Shown here one piece after another: positions 27,131 to 42,100 of a DNA stretch of 46,826 nt. Source of the stretch: Macrostomum lignano (Eukaryota); the NCBI GenBank assembly GCA_002269645.1, contig NIVC01004411.1, positions 1-46,826 of the forward strand, written 5' to 3'. A program made the position numbers and the translations under genes. Position 1 is the stretch's first letter, and each line of letters starts with the position of its first letter. The notes beneath the pieces were generated by a model. It was not told the DNA's origin. It made no database searches and saw only the letters and a list, made by a program, of their open reading frames with translations.

Positions 27131-30100
27131 CAGAGCTTCACTGGCACCCACAGAGCCTCACTGACACCCACAGAGCCTCACTGACACCCATAGAGCCTGA
27201 CTGACATCCACAGAGCCTGACTGACACCCACAGAGCCTCACTGACACCCACAGAGCCTCACTGACACCCACAGAGCCTCACTGGCACCCACAGAGCCTCA
27301 CTGGCACCCACAGAGCCTCACTGGCACCCACAGAGCCTCACTGACACCCATAGAGCCTGACTGACATCCACAGAGCCTCACTGACACCCACAGAGCCTCA
27401 CTGACACCCACAGAGCCTCACTGACACCCATAGAGCCTGACTGACATCCACAGAGCCTCACTGACACCCACAGAGCCTCACTGACACCCACAGAGCCTCA
27501 CTGACACCCACAGAGCCTCACTGGCACCCACAGAGCCTCACTGCACCCACAGAGCCTCACTGGCACCCACAGAGCCTCACTGACACCCACAGAGCCTCAC
27601 TGCACCCACAGAGCCTCACTGACACCCACAGAGCCTCACTGACACCCACACACCCACAGAGCCTCACTGACACCCACAGAGCCTCACTGACACCCACAGA
27701 GCCTCACTGACACCCACAGAGCCTCACTGACACCCACAGAGCCTCACTGACACCCACAGAGCCTCACTGACACCCACAGAGCCTCACTGACACCCACAGA
27801 GCCTCACTGACACCCACAGAGCCTCACTGGCACCCACAGAGCCTCACTGACACCCACAGAGCCTCACTGACACCCACAGAGCCTCACTGACACCCACAGA
27901 GCCTCACTGACACCCACAGAGCCTCACTGACACCCACAGAGCCTCACTGGCACCCACAGAGCCTCACTGACACCCACAGAGTCTCACTGACACCCACAGA
28001 GCCTCACTGGCACCCACAGAGCCTCACTGACACCCACAGAGCCTCACTGACACCCACAGAGCCTCACTGACACCCACAGAGCCTCACTGACACCCACAGA
28101 GCCTCACTGACACCCACAGAGCCTCACTGACACCCACAGAGCCTCACTGACACCCACAGAGCCTCACTGACACCCACAGAGCCTCACTGACACCCACAGA
28201 GCCTCACTGACACCCACAGAGCCTCACTGACACCCACAGAGCCTCACTGACACCCACAGAGCCTCACTGACACCCACAGAGCCTCACTGACACCCACAGA
28301 GCCTCACTGACACCCACAGAGCCTCACTGACACCCACAGAGCCTCACTGACACCCATAGAGCCTGACTGACACCCACAGAGCCTCACTGACACCCACAGA
28401 GCCTCACTGACACCCACAGAGCCTCACTGACACCCACAGAGCCTCACTGACACCCACAGAGCCTCACTGGCACCCACAGAGCCTCACTGACACCCACAGA
28501 GCCTCACTGGCATCCACAGAGCCTCACTGGCACCCACAGAGCCTCACTGACACCCACAGAGCCTCACTGGCACCCACAGAGCCTCACTGACACCCATAGA
28601 GCCTTACTGACACCCACAGAGCCTCACTGACACCCACAGAGCTCACTGGCACCACAGAGCCTCACTGACACCCACAGAGCCTCACTGACACCCACAGAGC
28701 CTCACTGACACCCACAGAGCCTCACTGACACCCACAGAGCCTCACTGACACCCACAGAGCCTCACTGCACCCACAGAGCTCACTGCACCCACAGAGCCTC
28801 ACTGACACCCACAGAGCCTCACTGACACCCACAGAGCCTGACTGACACCCACAGAGCCTCACTGACACCCACAGAGCCTCACTGACACCCACAGAGCCTC
28901 ACTGACACCCACAGAGCCTCACTGACACCCATAGAGCCTGACTGACATCCACAGAGCCTCACTGACACCCACAGAGCCTCACTGACACCCACAGAGCCTC
29001 ACTGACACCCACAGAGCCTCACTGACACCCACAGAGCCTCACTGGCACCCACAGAGCCTCACTGACACCCACAGAGCCTCACTGACACCCACAGAGCCTC
29101 ACTGACACCCATAGAGCCTGACTGACACCCACAGAGCCTCACTGGCACCCACAGAGCCTCACTGACACCCACAGAGCCTCACTGACACCCACAGAGCCTC
29201 ACTGACACCCACAGAGCCTCACTGACACCCACAGAGCCTCACTGACACCCACAGAGCCTCACTGGCACCCACAGAGCCTCACTGACACCCACAGAGCCTC
29301 ACTGACACCCACAGAGCCTCACTGACACCCACAGAGCCTCACTGACACCCACAGAGCCTCACTGACACCCACAGAGCCTCACTGACACCCACAGAGCCTC
29401 ACTGACACCCACAGAGCCTCACTGACACCCACAGAGCCTCACTGACACCCACAGAGCCTCACTGACACCCACAGAGCCTCACTGACACCCACAGAGCTTC
29501 ACTGGCACCCACAGAGCCTCACTGACACCCACAGAGCCTCACTGACACCCACAGAGCCTCACTGACACCCACAGAGCCTCACTGACACCCATAGAGCCTG
29601 ACTGACACCCACAGAGCCTCACTGACACCCACAGAGCCTCACTGACACCCACAGAGCCTCACTGACACCCACAGAGCCTCACTGACACCCACAGAGCCTC
29701 ACTGACACCCACAGAGCCTCACTGACACCCACAGAGCCTCACTGCATCCACAGAGCTCACTGCACCCACAGAGCCTCACTGACACCCACAGAGCCTCACT
29801 GCACCCACAGAGCCTCACTGACACCCATAGAGCCTTACTGACACCCACAGAGCCTCACTGACACCCACAGAGCCTCACTGACACCCACAGAGCTCACTGC
29901 ACCACAGAGCCTCACTGCACCCACAGAGCCTCACTGACACCCACAGAGCCTCACTGGCACCCACAGAGCTTCACTGGCACCCACAGAGCCTCACTGACAC
30001 CCACAGAGCCTCACTGGCACCCACAGAGCCTCACTGACACCCATAGAGCCTTACTGACACCCACAGAGCCTCACTGACACCCACAGAGCCTCACTGACAC

Positions 30101-33100
30101 CCACAGAGCTTCACTGGCACTCACAGAGCCTCACTGACACCCACAGAGCCTCACTGACACCCACAGAGCCTGACTGACACCCACAGAGCCTCACTGACAC
30201 CCACAGAGCCTCACTGACACCCACAGAGCCTCACTGGCACCCACAGAGCCTCACTGGCACCCACAGAGCCTCACTGACACCCACAGAGCCTCACTGACAC
30301 CCATAGAGCCTCACTGACACCCACAGAGCCTGACTGACACCCACAGAGCCTCACTGACACCCACAGAGCCTCACTGACACCCACAGAGCCTCACTGGCAC
30401 CCACAGAGCCTCACTGGCACCCACAGAGCCTCACTGGCACCCACAGAGCCTCACTGACACCCATAGAGCCTGACTGACATCCACAGAGCCTCACTGACAC
30501 CCACAGAGCCTCACTGACACCCACAGAGCCTCACTGACACCCATAGAGCCTGACTGACATCCACAGAGCCTGACTGACACCCACAGAGCCTCACTGACAC
30601 CCACAGAGCCTCACTGACACCCACAGAGCCTCACTGGCACCCACAGAGCCTCACTGGCACCCACAGAGCCTCACTGCACCCACAGAGCCTCACTGACACC
30701 CACAGAGCCTCACTGGCACCCACAGAGCCTCACTGACACCCACAGAGCCTCACTGACACCCACACACCCACAGAGCCTCACTGACACCCACAGAGCCTCA
30801 CTGACACCCACAGAGCCTCACTGACACCCACAGAGCCTCACTGACACCCACAGAGCCTCACTGACACCCACAGAGCCTCACTGACACCCACAGAGCCTCA
30901 CTGACACCCACAGAGCCTCACTGCACCCACAGAGCCTCACTGACACCCACAGAGCCTCACTGACACCCACAGAGCCTCACTGACACCCACAGAGCCTCAC
31001 TGACACCCACAGAGCCTCACTGGCACCCACAGAGCCTCACTGACACCCACAGAGCCTCACTGACACCCACAGAGCCTCACTGACACCCACAGAGCCTCAC
31101 TGACACCCACAGAGCTCACTGACACCACAGAGCCTCACTGACACCCACAGAGCCTCACTGACACCCACAGAGCCTCACTGACACCCACAGAGCCTCACTG
31201 ACACCCACAGAGCCTCACTGACACCCACAGAGCCTCACTGCACCCACAGAGCTTCACTGGCACCCACAGAGCCTCACTGACACCCACAGAGCCTCACTGA
31301 CACCCACAGAGCCTCACTGACACCACAGAGCCTGACTGACACCCACAGAGCCTCACTGACACCCACAGAGCCTCACTGACACCCACAGAGCCTCACTGGC
31401 ACCCACAGAGCCTCACTGCACCCACAGAGCCTCACTGACACCCACAGAGCCTCACTGACACCCATAGAGCCTGACTGACACCACAGAGCCTCACTGACAC
31501 CCACAGAGCCTCACTGACACCCACAGAGCCTCACTGACACCCATAGAGCCTCACTGACACCACAGAGCCTCACTGACACCCACAGAGCCTCACTGACACC
31601 CACAGAGCCTCACTGACACCCACAGAGCCTCACTGACACCCACAGAGCCTCACTGGCACCCACAGAGCCTCACTGACACCCACAGAGCCTCACTGACACC
31701 CACAGAGCCTCACTGACACCCACAGAGCCTCACTGACACCCACAGAGCCTCACTGACACCCACACACCCACAGAGCCTCACTGACACCCACAGAGCCTCA
31801 CTGACACCCACAGAGCCTCACTGACACCCACAGAGCCTCACTGACACCCACAGAGCCTCACTGACACCCACAGAGCCTCACTGACACCCACAGAGCCTCA
31901 CTGACACCCACAGAGCCTCACTGACACCCACAGAGCCTCACTGACACCCACAGAGCCTCACTGACACCCACAGAGCCTCACTGACACCCACAGAGCCTCA
32001 CTGACACCCACAGAGCCTCACTGACACCCACAGAGCCTCACTGACACCCACAGAGCCTCACTGACACCCACAGAGCCTCACTGACACCCACAGAGCCTCA
32101 CTGACACCCACAGAGCCTCACTGACACCCACAGAGCCTCACTGACACCCACAGAGCCTCACTGACACCCACAGAGCCTCACTGACACCCACAGAGCCTCA
32201 CTGACACCCACAGAGCCTCACTGACACCCACAGAGCCTCACTGACACCCACAGAGCCTCACTGACACCCACAGAGCCTCACTGACACCCACAGAGCCTCA
32301 CTGACACCCACAGAGCCTCACTGACACCCACAGAGCCTCACTGACACCCACACCCACAGAGCCTCACTGACACCCACAGAGCCTCACTGACACCCACAGA
32401 GCCTCACTGACACCCACAGAGCCTCACTGACACCCACAGAGCCTCACTGACACCCACAGAGCCTCACTGACACCCACAGAGCCTCACTGACACCCACAGA
32501 GCCTCACTGACACCCACAGAGCCTCACTGACACCCACAGAGCCTCACTGACACCCACAGAGCCTCACTGACACCCACAGAGCCTCACTGACACCCACAGA
32601 GCCTCACTGACACCCACAGAGCCTCACTGACACCCACAGAGCCTCACTGACACCCACAGAGCCTCACTGACACCCACAGAGCCTCACTGACACCCACAGA
32701 GCCTCACTGACACCCACAGAGCCTCACTGACACCCACAGAGCCTCACTGACACCCACAGAGCCTCACTGACACCCACAGAGCCTCACTGACACCCACAGA
32801 GCCTCACTGACACCCACAGAGCCTCACTGACACCCACAGAGCCTCACTGACACCCACAGAGCCTCACTGACACCCACAGAGCCTCACTGACACCCACAGA
32901 GCCTCACTGACACCCACAGAGCCTCACTGACACCCACAGAGCCTCACTGACACCCACAGAGCCTCACTGACACCCACAGAGCCTCACTGACACCCACAGA
33001 GCCTCACTGACACCCACAGAGCCTCACTGACACCCACAGAGCCTCACTGACACCCACAGAGCCTCACTGACACCCACAGAGCCTCACTGACACCCACAGA

Positions 33101-36100
33101 GCCTCACTGACACCCACAGAGCCTCACTGACACCCACAGAGCCTCACTGACACCCACAGAGCCTCACTGACACCCACAGAGCCTCACTGACACCCACAGA
33201 GCCTCACTGACACCCACAGAGCCTCACTGACACCCACAGAGCCTCACTGACACCCACAGAGCCTCACTGACACCCACAGAGCCTCACTGACACCCACAGA
33301 GCCTCACTGACACCCACAGAGCCTCACTGACACCCACAGAGCCTCACTGACACCCACAGAGCCTCACTGACACCCACAGAGCCTCACTGACACCCACAGA
33401 GCCTCACTGACACCCACAGAGCCTCACTGACACCCACAGAGCCTCACTGACACCCACAGAGCCTCACTGACACCCACAGAGCCTCACTGACACCCACAGA
33501 GCCTCACTGACACCCACAGAGCCTCACTGACACCCACAGAGCCTCACTGACACCCACAGAGCCTCACTGACACCCACAGAGCCTCACTGACACCCACAGA
33601 GCCTCACTGACACCCACAGAGCCTCACTGACACCCACAGAGCCTCACTGACACCCACAGAGCCTCACTGACACCCACAGAGCCTCACTGACACCCACAGA
33701 GCCTCACTGACACCCACAGAGCCTCACTGACACCCACAGAGCCTCACTGACACCCACAGAGCCTCACTGACACCCACAGAGCCTCACTGACACCCACAGA
33801 GCCTCACTGACACCCACAGAGCCTCACTGACACCCACAGAGCCTCACTGACACCCACAGAGCCTCACTGACACCCACAGAGCCTCACTGACACCCACAGA
33901 GCCTCACTGACACCCACAGAGCCTCACTGACACCCACAGAGCCTCACTGACACCCACAGAGCCTCACTGACACCCACAGAGCCTCACTGACACCCACAGA
34001 GCCTCACTGACACCCACAGAGCCTCACTGACACCCACAGAGCCTCACTGACACCCACAGAGCCTCACTGACACCCACAGAGCCTCACTGACACCCACAGA
34101 GCCTCACTGACACCCACAGAGCCTCACTGACACCCACAGAGCCTCACTGACACCCACAGAGCCTCACTGACACCCACAGAGCCTCACTGACACCCACAGA
34201 GCCTCACTGACACCCACAGAGCCTCACTGACACCCACAGAGCCTCACTGACACCCACAGAGCCTCACTGACACCCACAGAGCCTCACTGACACCCACAGA
34301 GCCTCACTGACACCCACAGAGCCTCACTGACACCCACAGAGCCTCACTGACACCCACAGAGCCTCACTGACACCCACAGAGCCTCACTGACACCCACAGA
34401 GCCTCACTGACACCCACAGAGCCTCACTGACACCCACAGAGCCTCACTGACACCCACAGAGCCTCACTGACACCCACAGAGCCTCACTGACACCCACAGA
34501 GCCTCACTGACACCCACAGAGCCTCACTGACACCCACAGAGCCTCACTGACACCCACAGAGCCTCACTGACACCCACAGAGCCTCACTGACACCCACAGA
34601 GCCTCACTGACACCCACAGAGCCTCACTGACACCCACAGAGCCTCACTGACACCCACAGAGCCTCACTGACACCCACAGAGCCTCACTGACACCCACAGA
34701 GCCTCACTGACACCCACAGAGCCTCACTGACACCCACAGAGCCTCACTGACACCCACAGAGCCTCACTGACACCCACAGAGCCTCACTGACACCCACAGA
34801 GCCTCACTGACACCCACAGAGCCTCACTGACACCCACAGAGCCTCACTGACACCCACAGAGCCTCACTGCACCCACAGAGCCTCACTGACACCCACAGAG
34901 CCTCACTGACACCCACAGAGCCTCACTGACACCCACAGAGCCTCACTGACACCCACAGAGCCTCACTGACACCCACAGAGCCTCACTGACACCCACAGAG
35001 CCTCACTGACACCCACAGAGCCTCACTGACACCCACAGAGCCTCACTGACACCCACAGAGCCTCACTGACACCCACAGAGCCTCACTGACACCCACAGAG
35101 CCTCACTGACACCCACAGAGCCTCACTGACACCCACAGAGCCTCACTGACACCCACAGAGCCTCACTGACACCCACAGAGCCTCACTGACACCCACAGAG
35201 CCTCACTGACACCCACAGAGCCTCACTGACACCCACAGAGCCTCACTGACACCCACAGAGCCTCACTGACACCCACAGAGCCTCACTGACACCCACAGAG
35301 CCTCACTGACACCCACAGAGCCTCACTGACACCCACAGAGCCTCACTGACACCCACAGAGCCTCACTGACACCCACAGAGCCTCACTGACACCCACAGAG
35401 CCTCACTGACACCCACAGAGCCTCACTGACACCCACAGAGCCTCACTGACACCCACAGAGCCTCACTGACACCCACAGAGCCTCACTGACACCCACAGAG
35501 CCTCACTGACACCCACAGAGCCTCACTGACACCCACAGAGCCTCACTGACACCCACAGAGCCTCACTGACACCCACAGAGCCTCACTGACACCCACAGAG
35601 CCTCACTGACACCCACAGAGCCTCACTGACACCCACAGAGCCTCACTGACACCCACAGAGCCTCACTGACACCCACAGAGCCTCACTGACACCCACAGAG
35701 CCTCACTGACACCCACAGAGCCTCACTGACACCCACAGAGCCTCACTGACACCCACAGAGCCTCACTGACACCCACAGAGCCTCACTGACACCCACAGAG
35801 CCTCACTGACACCCACAGAGCCTCACTGACACCCACAGAGCCTCACTGACACCCACAGAGCCTCACTGACACCCACAGAGCCTCACTGACACCCACAGAG
35901 CCTCACTGACACCCACAGAGCCTCACTGACACCCACAGAGCCTCACTGACACCCACAGAGCCTCACTGACACCCACAGAGCCTCACTGACACCCACAGAG
36001 CCTCACTGACACCCACAGAGCCTCACTGACACCCACAGAGCCTCACTGACACCCACAGAGCCTCACTGACACCCACAGAGCCTCACTGACACCCACAGAG

Positions 36101-39100
36101 CCTCACTGACACCCACAGAGCCTCACTGACACCCACAGAGCCTCACTGACACCCACAGAGCCTCACTGACACCCACAGAGCCTCACTGACACCCACAGAG
36201 CCTCACTGACACCCACAGAGCCTCACTGACACCCACAGAGCCTCACTGACACCCACAGAGCCTCACTGACACCCACAGAGCCTCACTGACACCCACAGAG
36301 CCTCACTGACACCCACAGAGCCTCACTGACACCCACAGAGCCTCACTGACACCCACAGAGCCTCACTGACACCCACAGAGCCTCACTGACACCCACAGAG
36401 CCTCACTGACACCCACAGAGCCTCACTGACACCCACAGAGCCTCACTGACACCCACAGAGCCTCACTGACACCCACAGAGCCTCACTGACACCCACAGAG
36501 CCTCACTGACACCCACAGAGCCTCACTGACACCCACAGAGCCTCACTGACACCCACAGAGCCTCACTGACACCCACAGAGCCTCACTGACACCCACAGAG
36601 CCTCACTGACACCCACAGAGCCTCACTGACACCCACAGAGCCTCACTGACACCCACAGAGCCTCACTGACACCCACAGAGCCTCACTGACACCCACAGAG
36701 CCTCACTGACACCCACAGAGCCTCACTGACACCCACAGAGCCTCACTGACACCCACAGAGCCTCACTGACACCCACAGAGCCTCACTGACACCCACAGAG
36801 CCTCACTGACACCCACAGAGCCTCACTGACACCCACAGAGCCTCACTGACACCCACAGAGCCTCACTGACACCCACAGAGCCTCACTGACACCCACAGAG
36901 CCTCACTGACACCCACAGAGCCTCACTGACACCCACAGAGCCTCACTGACACCCACAGAGCCTCACTGACACCCACAGAGCCTCACTGACACCCACAGAG
37001 CCTCACTGACACCCACAGAGCCTCACTGACACCCACAGAGCCTCACTGACACCCACAGAGCCTCACTGACACCCACAGAGCCTCACTGACACCCACAGAG
37101 CCTCACTGACACCCACAGAGCCTCACTGACACCCACAGAGCCTCACTGACACCCACAGAGCCTCACTGACACCCACAGAGCCTCACTGACACCCACAGAG
37201 CCTCACTGACACCCACAGAGCCTCACTGACACCCACAGAGCCTCACTGACACCCACAGAGCCTCACTGACACCCACAGAGCCTCACTGACACCCACAGAG
37301 CCTCACTGACACCCACAGAGCCTCACTGACACCCACAGAGCCTCACTGACACCCACAGAGCCTCACTGACACCCACAGAGCCTCACTGACACCCACAGAG
37401 CCTCACTGACACCCACAGAGCCTCACTGACACCCACAGAGCCTCACTGACACCCACAGAGCCTCACTGACACCCACAGAGCCTCACTGACACCCACAGAG
37501 CCTCACTGACACCCACAGAGCCTCACTGACACCCACAGAGCCTCACTGACACCCACAGAGCCTCACTGACACCCACAGAGCCTCACTGACACCCACAGAG
37601 CCTCACTGACACCCACAGAGCCTCACTGACACCCACAGAGCCTCACTGACACCCACAGAGCCTCACTGACACCCACAGAGCCTCACTGACACCCACAGAG
37701 CCTCACTGACACCCACAGAGCCTCACTGACACCCACAGAGCCTCACTGACACCCACAGAGCCTCACTGACACCCACAGAGCCTCACTGACACCCACAGAG
37801 CCTCACTGACACCCACAGAGCCTCACTGACACCCACAGAGCCTCACTGACACCCACAGAGCCTCACTGACACCCACAGAGCCTCACTGACACCCACAGAG
37901 CCTCACTGACACCCACAGAGCCTCACTGACACCCACAGAGCCTCACTGACACCCACAGAGCCTCACTGACACCCACAGAGCCTCACTGACACCCACAGAG
38001 CCTCACTGACACCCACAGAGCCTCACTGACACCCACAGAGCCTCACTGACACCCACAGAGCCTCACTGACACCCACAGAGCCTCACTGACACCCACAGAG
38101 CCTCACTGACACCCACAGAGCCTCACTGACACCCACAGAGCCTCACTGACACCCACAGAGCCTCACTGACACCCACAGAGCCTCACTGACACCCACAGAG
38201 CCTCACTGACACCCACAGAGCCTCACTGACACCCACAGAGCCTCACTGACACCCACAGAGCCTCACTGACACCCACAGAGCCTCACTGACACCCACAGAG
38301 CCTCACTGACACCCACAGAGCCTCACTGACACCCACAGAGCCTCACTGACACCCACAGAGCCTCACTGACACCCACAGAGCCTCACTGACACCCACAGAG
38401 CCTCACTGACACCCACAGAGCCTCACTGACACCCACAGAGCCTCACTGACACCCACAGAGCCTCACTGACACCCACAGAGCCTCACTGACACCCACAGAG
38501 CCTCACTGACACCCACAGAGCCTCACTGACACCCACAGAGCCTCACTGACACCCACAGAGCCTCACTGACACCCACAGAGCCTCACTGACACCCACAGAG
38601 CCTCACTGACACCCACAGAGCCTCACTGACACCCACAGAGCCTCACTGACACCCACAGAGCCTCACTGACACCCACAGAGCCTCACTGACACCCACAGAG
38701 CCTCACTGACACCCACAGAGCCTCACTGACACCCACAGAGCCTCACTGACACCCACAGAGCCTCACTGACACCCACAGAGCCTCACTGACACCCACAGAG
38801 CCTCACTGACACCCACAGAGCCTCACTGACACCCACAGAGCCTCACTGACACCCACAGAGCCTCACTGACACCCACAGAGCCTCACTGACACCCACAGAG
38901 CCTCACTGACACCCACAGAGCCTCACTGACACCCACAGAGCCTCACTGACACCCACAGAGCCTCACTGACACCCACAGAGCCTCACTGACACCCACAGAG
39001 CCTCACTGACACCCACAGAGCCTCACTGACACCCACAGAGCCTCACTGACACCCACAGAGCCTCACTGACACCCACAGAGCCTCACTGACACCCACAGAG

Positions 39101-42100
39101 CCTCACTGACACCCACAGAGCCTCACTGACACCCACAGAGCCTCACTGACACCCACAGAGCCTCACTGACACCCACAGAGCCTCACTGACACCCACAGAG
39201 CCTCACTGACACCCACAGAGCCTCACTGACACCCACAGAGCCTCACTGACACCCACAGAGCCTCACTGACACCCACAGAGCCTCACTGACACCCACAGAG
39301 CCTCACTGACACCCACAGAGCCTCACTGACACCCACAGAGCCTCACTGACACCCACAGAGCCTCACTGACACCCACAGAGCCTCACTGACACCCACAGAG
39401 CCTCACTGACACCCACAGAGCCTCACTGACACCCACAGAGCCTCACTGACACCCACAGAGCCTCACTGACACCCACAGAGCCTCACTGACACCCACAGAG
39501 CCTCACTGACACCCACAGAGCCTCACTGACACCCACAGAGCCTCACTGACACCCACAGAGCCTCACTGACACCCACAGAGCCTCACTGACACCCACAGAG
39601 CCTCACTGACACCCACAGAGCCTCACTGACACCCACAGAGCCTCACTGACACCCACAGAGCCTCACTGACACCCACAGAGCCTCACTGACACCCACAGAG
39701 CCTCACTGACACCCACAGAGCCTCACTGACACCCACAGAGCCTCACTGACACCCACAGAGCCTCACTGACACCCACAGAGCCTCACTGACACCCACAGAG
39801 CCTCACTGACACCCACAGAGCCTCACTGACACCCACAGAGCCTCACTGACACCCACAGAGCCTCACTGACACCCACAGAGCCTCACTGACACCCACAGAG
39901 CCTCACTGACACCCACAGAGCCTCACTGACACCCACAGAGCCTCACTGACACCCACAGAGCCTCACTGACACCCACAGAGCCTCACTGACACCCACAGAG
40001 CCTCACTGACACCCACAGAGCCTCACTGACACCCACAGAGCCTCACTGACACCCACAGAGCCTCACTGACACCCACAGAGCCTCACTGACACCCACAGAG
40101 CCTCACTGACACCCACAGAGCCTCACTGACACCCACAGAGCCTCACTGACACCCACAGAGCCTCACTGACACCCACAGAGCCTCACTGACACCCACAGAG
40201 CCTCACTGACACCCACAGAGCCTCACTGACACCCACAGAGCCTCACTGACACCCACAGAGCCTCACTGACACCCACAGAGCCTCACTGACACCCACAGAG
40301 CCTCACTGACACCCACAGAGCCTCACTGACACCCACAGAGCCTCACTGACACCCACAGAGCCTCACTGACACCCACAGAGCCTCACTGACACCCACAGAG
40401 CCTCACTGACACCCACAGAGCCTCACTGACACCCACAGAGCCTCACTGACACCCACAGAGCCTCACTGACACCCACAGAGCCTCACTGACACCCACAGAG
40501 CCTCACTGACACCCACAGAGCCTCACTGACACCCACAGAGCCTCACTGACACCCACAGAGCCTCACTGACACCCACAGAGCCTCACTGACACCCACAGAG
40601 CCTCACTGACACCCACAGAGCCTCACTGACACCCACAGAGCCTCACTGACACCCACAGAGCCTCACTGACACCCACAGAGCCTCACTGACACCCACAGAG
40701 CCTCACTGACACCCACAGAGCCTCACTGACACCCACAGAGCCTCACTGACACCCACAGAGCCTCACTGACACCCACAGAGCCTCACTGACACCCACAGAG
40801 CCTCACTGACACCCACAGAGCCTCACTGACACCCACAGAGCCTCACTGACACCCACAGAGCCTCACTGACACCCACAGAGCCTCACTGACACCCACAGAG
40901 CCTCACTGACACCCACAGAGCCTCACTGACACCCACAGAGCCTCACTGACACCCACAGAGCCTCACTGACACCCACAGAGCCTCACTGACACCCACAGAG
41001 CCTCACTGACACCCACAGAGCCTCACTGACACCCACAGAGCCTCACTGACACCCACAGAGCCTCACTGACACCCACAGAGCCTCACTGACACCCACAGAG
41101 CCTCACTGACACCCACAGAGCCTCACTGACACCCACAGAGCCTCACTGACACCCACAGAGCCTCACTGACACCCACAGAGCCTCACTGACACCCACAGAG
41201 CCTCACTGACACCCACAGAGCCTCACTGACACCCACAGAGCCTCACTGACACCCACAGAGCCTCACTGACACCCACAGAGCCTCACTGACACCCACAGAG
41301 CCTCACTGACACCCACAGAGCCTCACTGACACCCACAGAGCCTCACTGACACCCACAGAGCCTCACTGACACCCACAGAGCCTCACTGACACCCACAGAG
41401 CCTCACTGACACCCACAGAGCCTCACTGACACCCACAGAGCCTCACTGACACCCACAGAGCCTCACTGACACCCACAGAGCCTCACTGACACCCACAGAG
41501 CCTCACTGACACCCACAGAGCCTCACTGACACCCACAGAGCCTCACTGACACCCACAGAGCCTCACTGACACCCACAGAGCCTCACTGACACCCACAGAG
41601 CCTCACTGACACCCACAGAGCCTCACTGACACCCACAGAGCCTCACTGACACCCACAGAGCCTCACTGACACCCACAGAGCCTCACTGACACCCACAGAG
41701 CCTCACTGACACCCACAGAGCCTCACTGACACCCACAGAGCCTCACTGACACCCACAGAGCCTCACTGACACCCACAGAGCCTCACTGACACCCACAGAG
41801 CCTCACTGACACCCACAGAGCCTCACTGACACCCACAGAGCCTCACTGACACCCACAGAGCCTCACTGACACCCACAGAGCCTCACTGACACCCACAGAG
41901 CCTCACTGACACCCACAGAGCCTCACTGACACCCACAGAGCCTCACTGACACCCACAGAGCCTCACTGACACCCACAGAGCCTCACTGACACCCACAGAG
42001 CCTCACTGACACCCACAGAGCCTCACTGACACCCACAGAGCCTCACTGACACCCACAGAGCCTCACTGACACCCACAGAGCCTCACTGACACCCACAGAG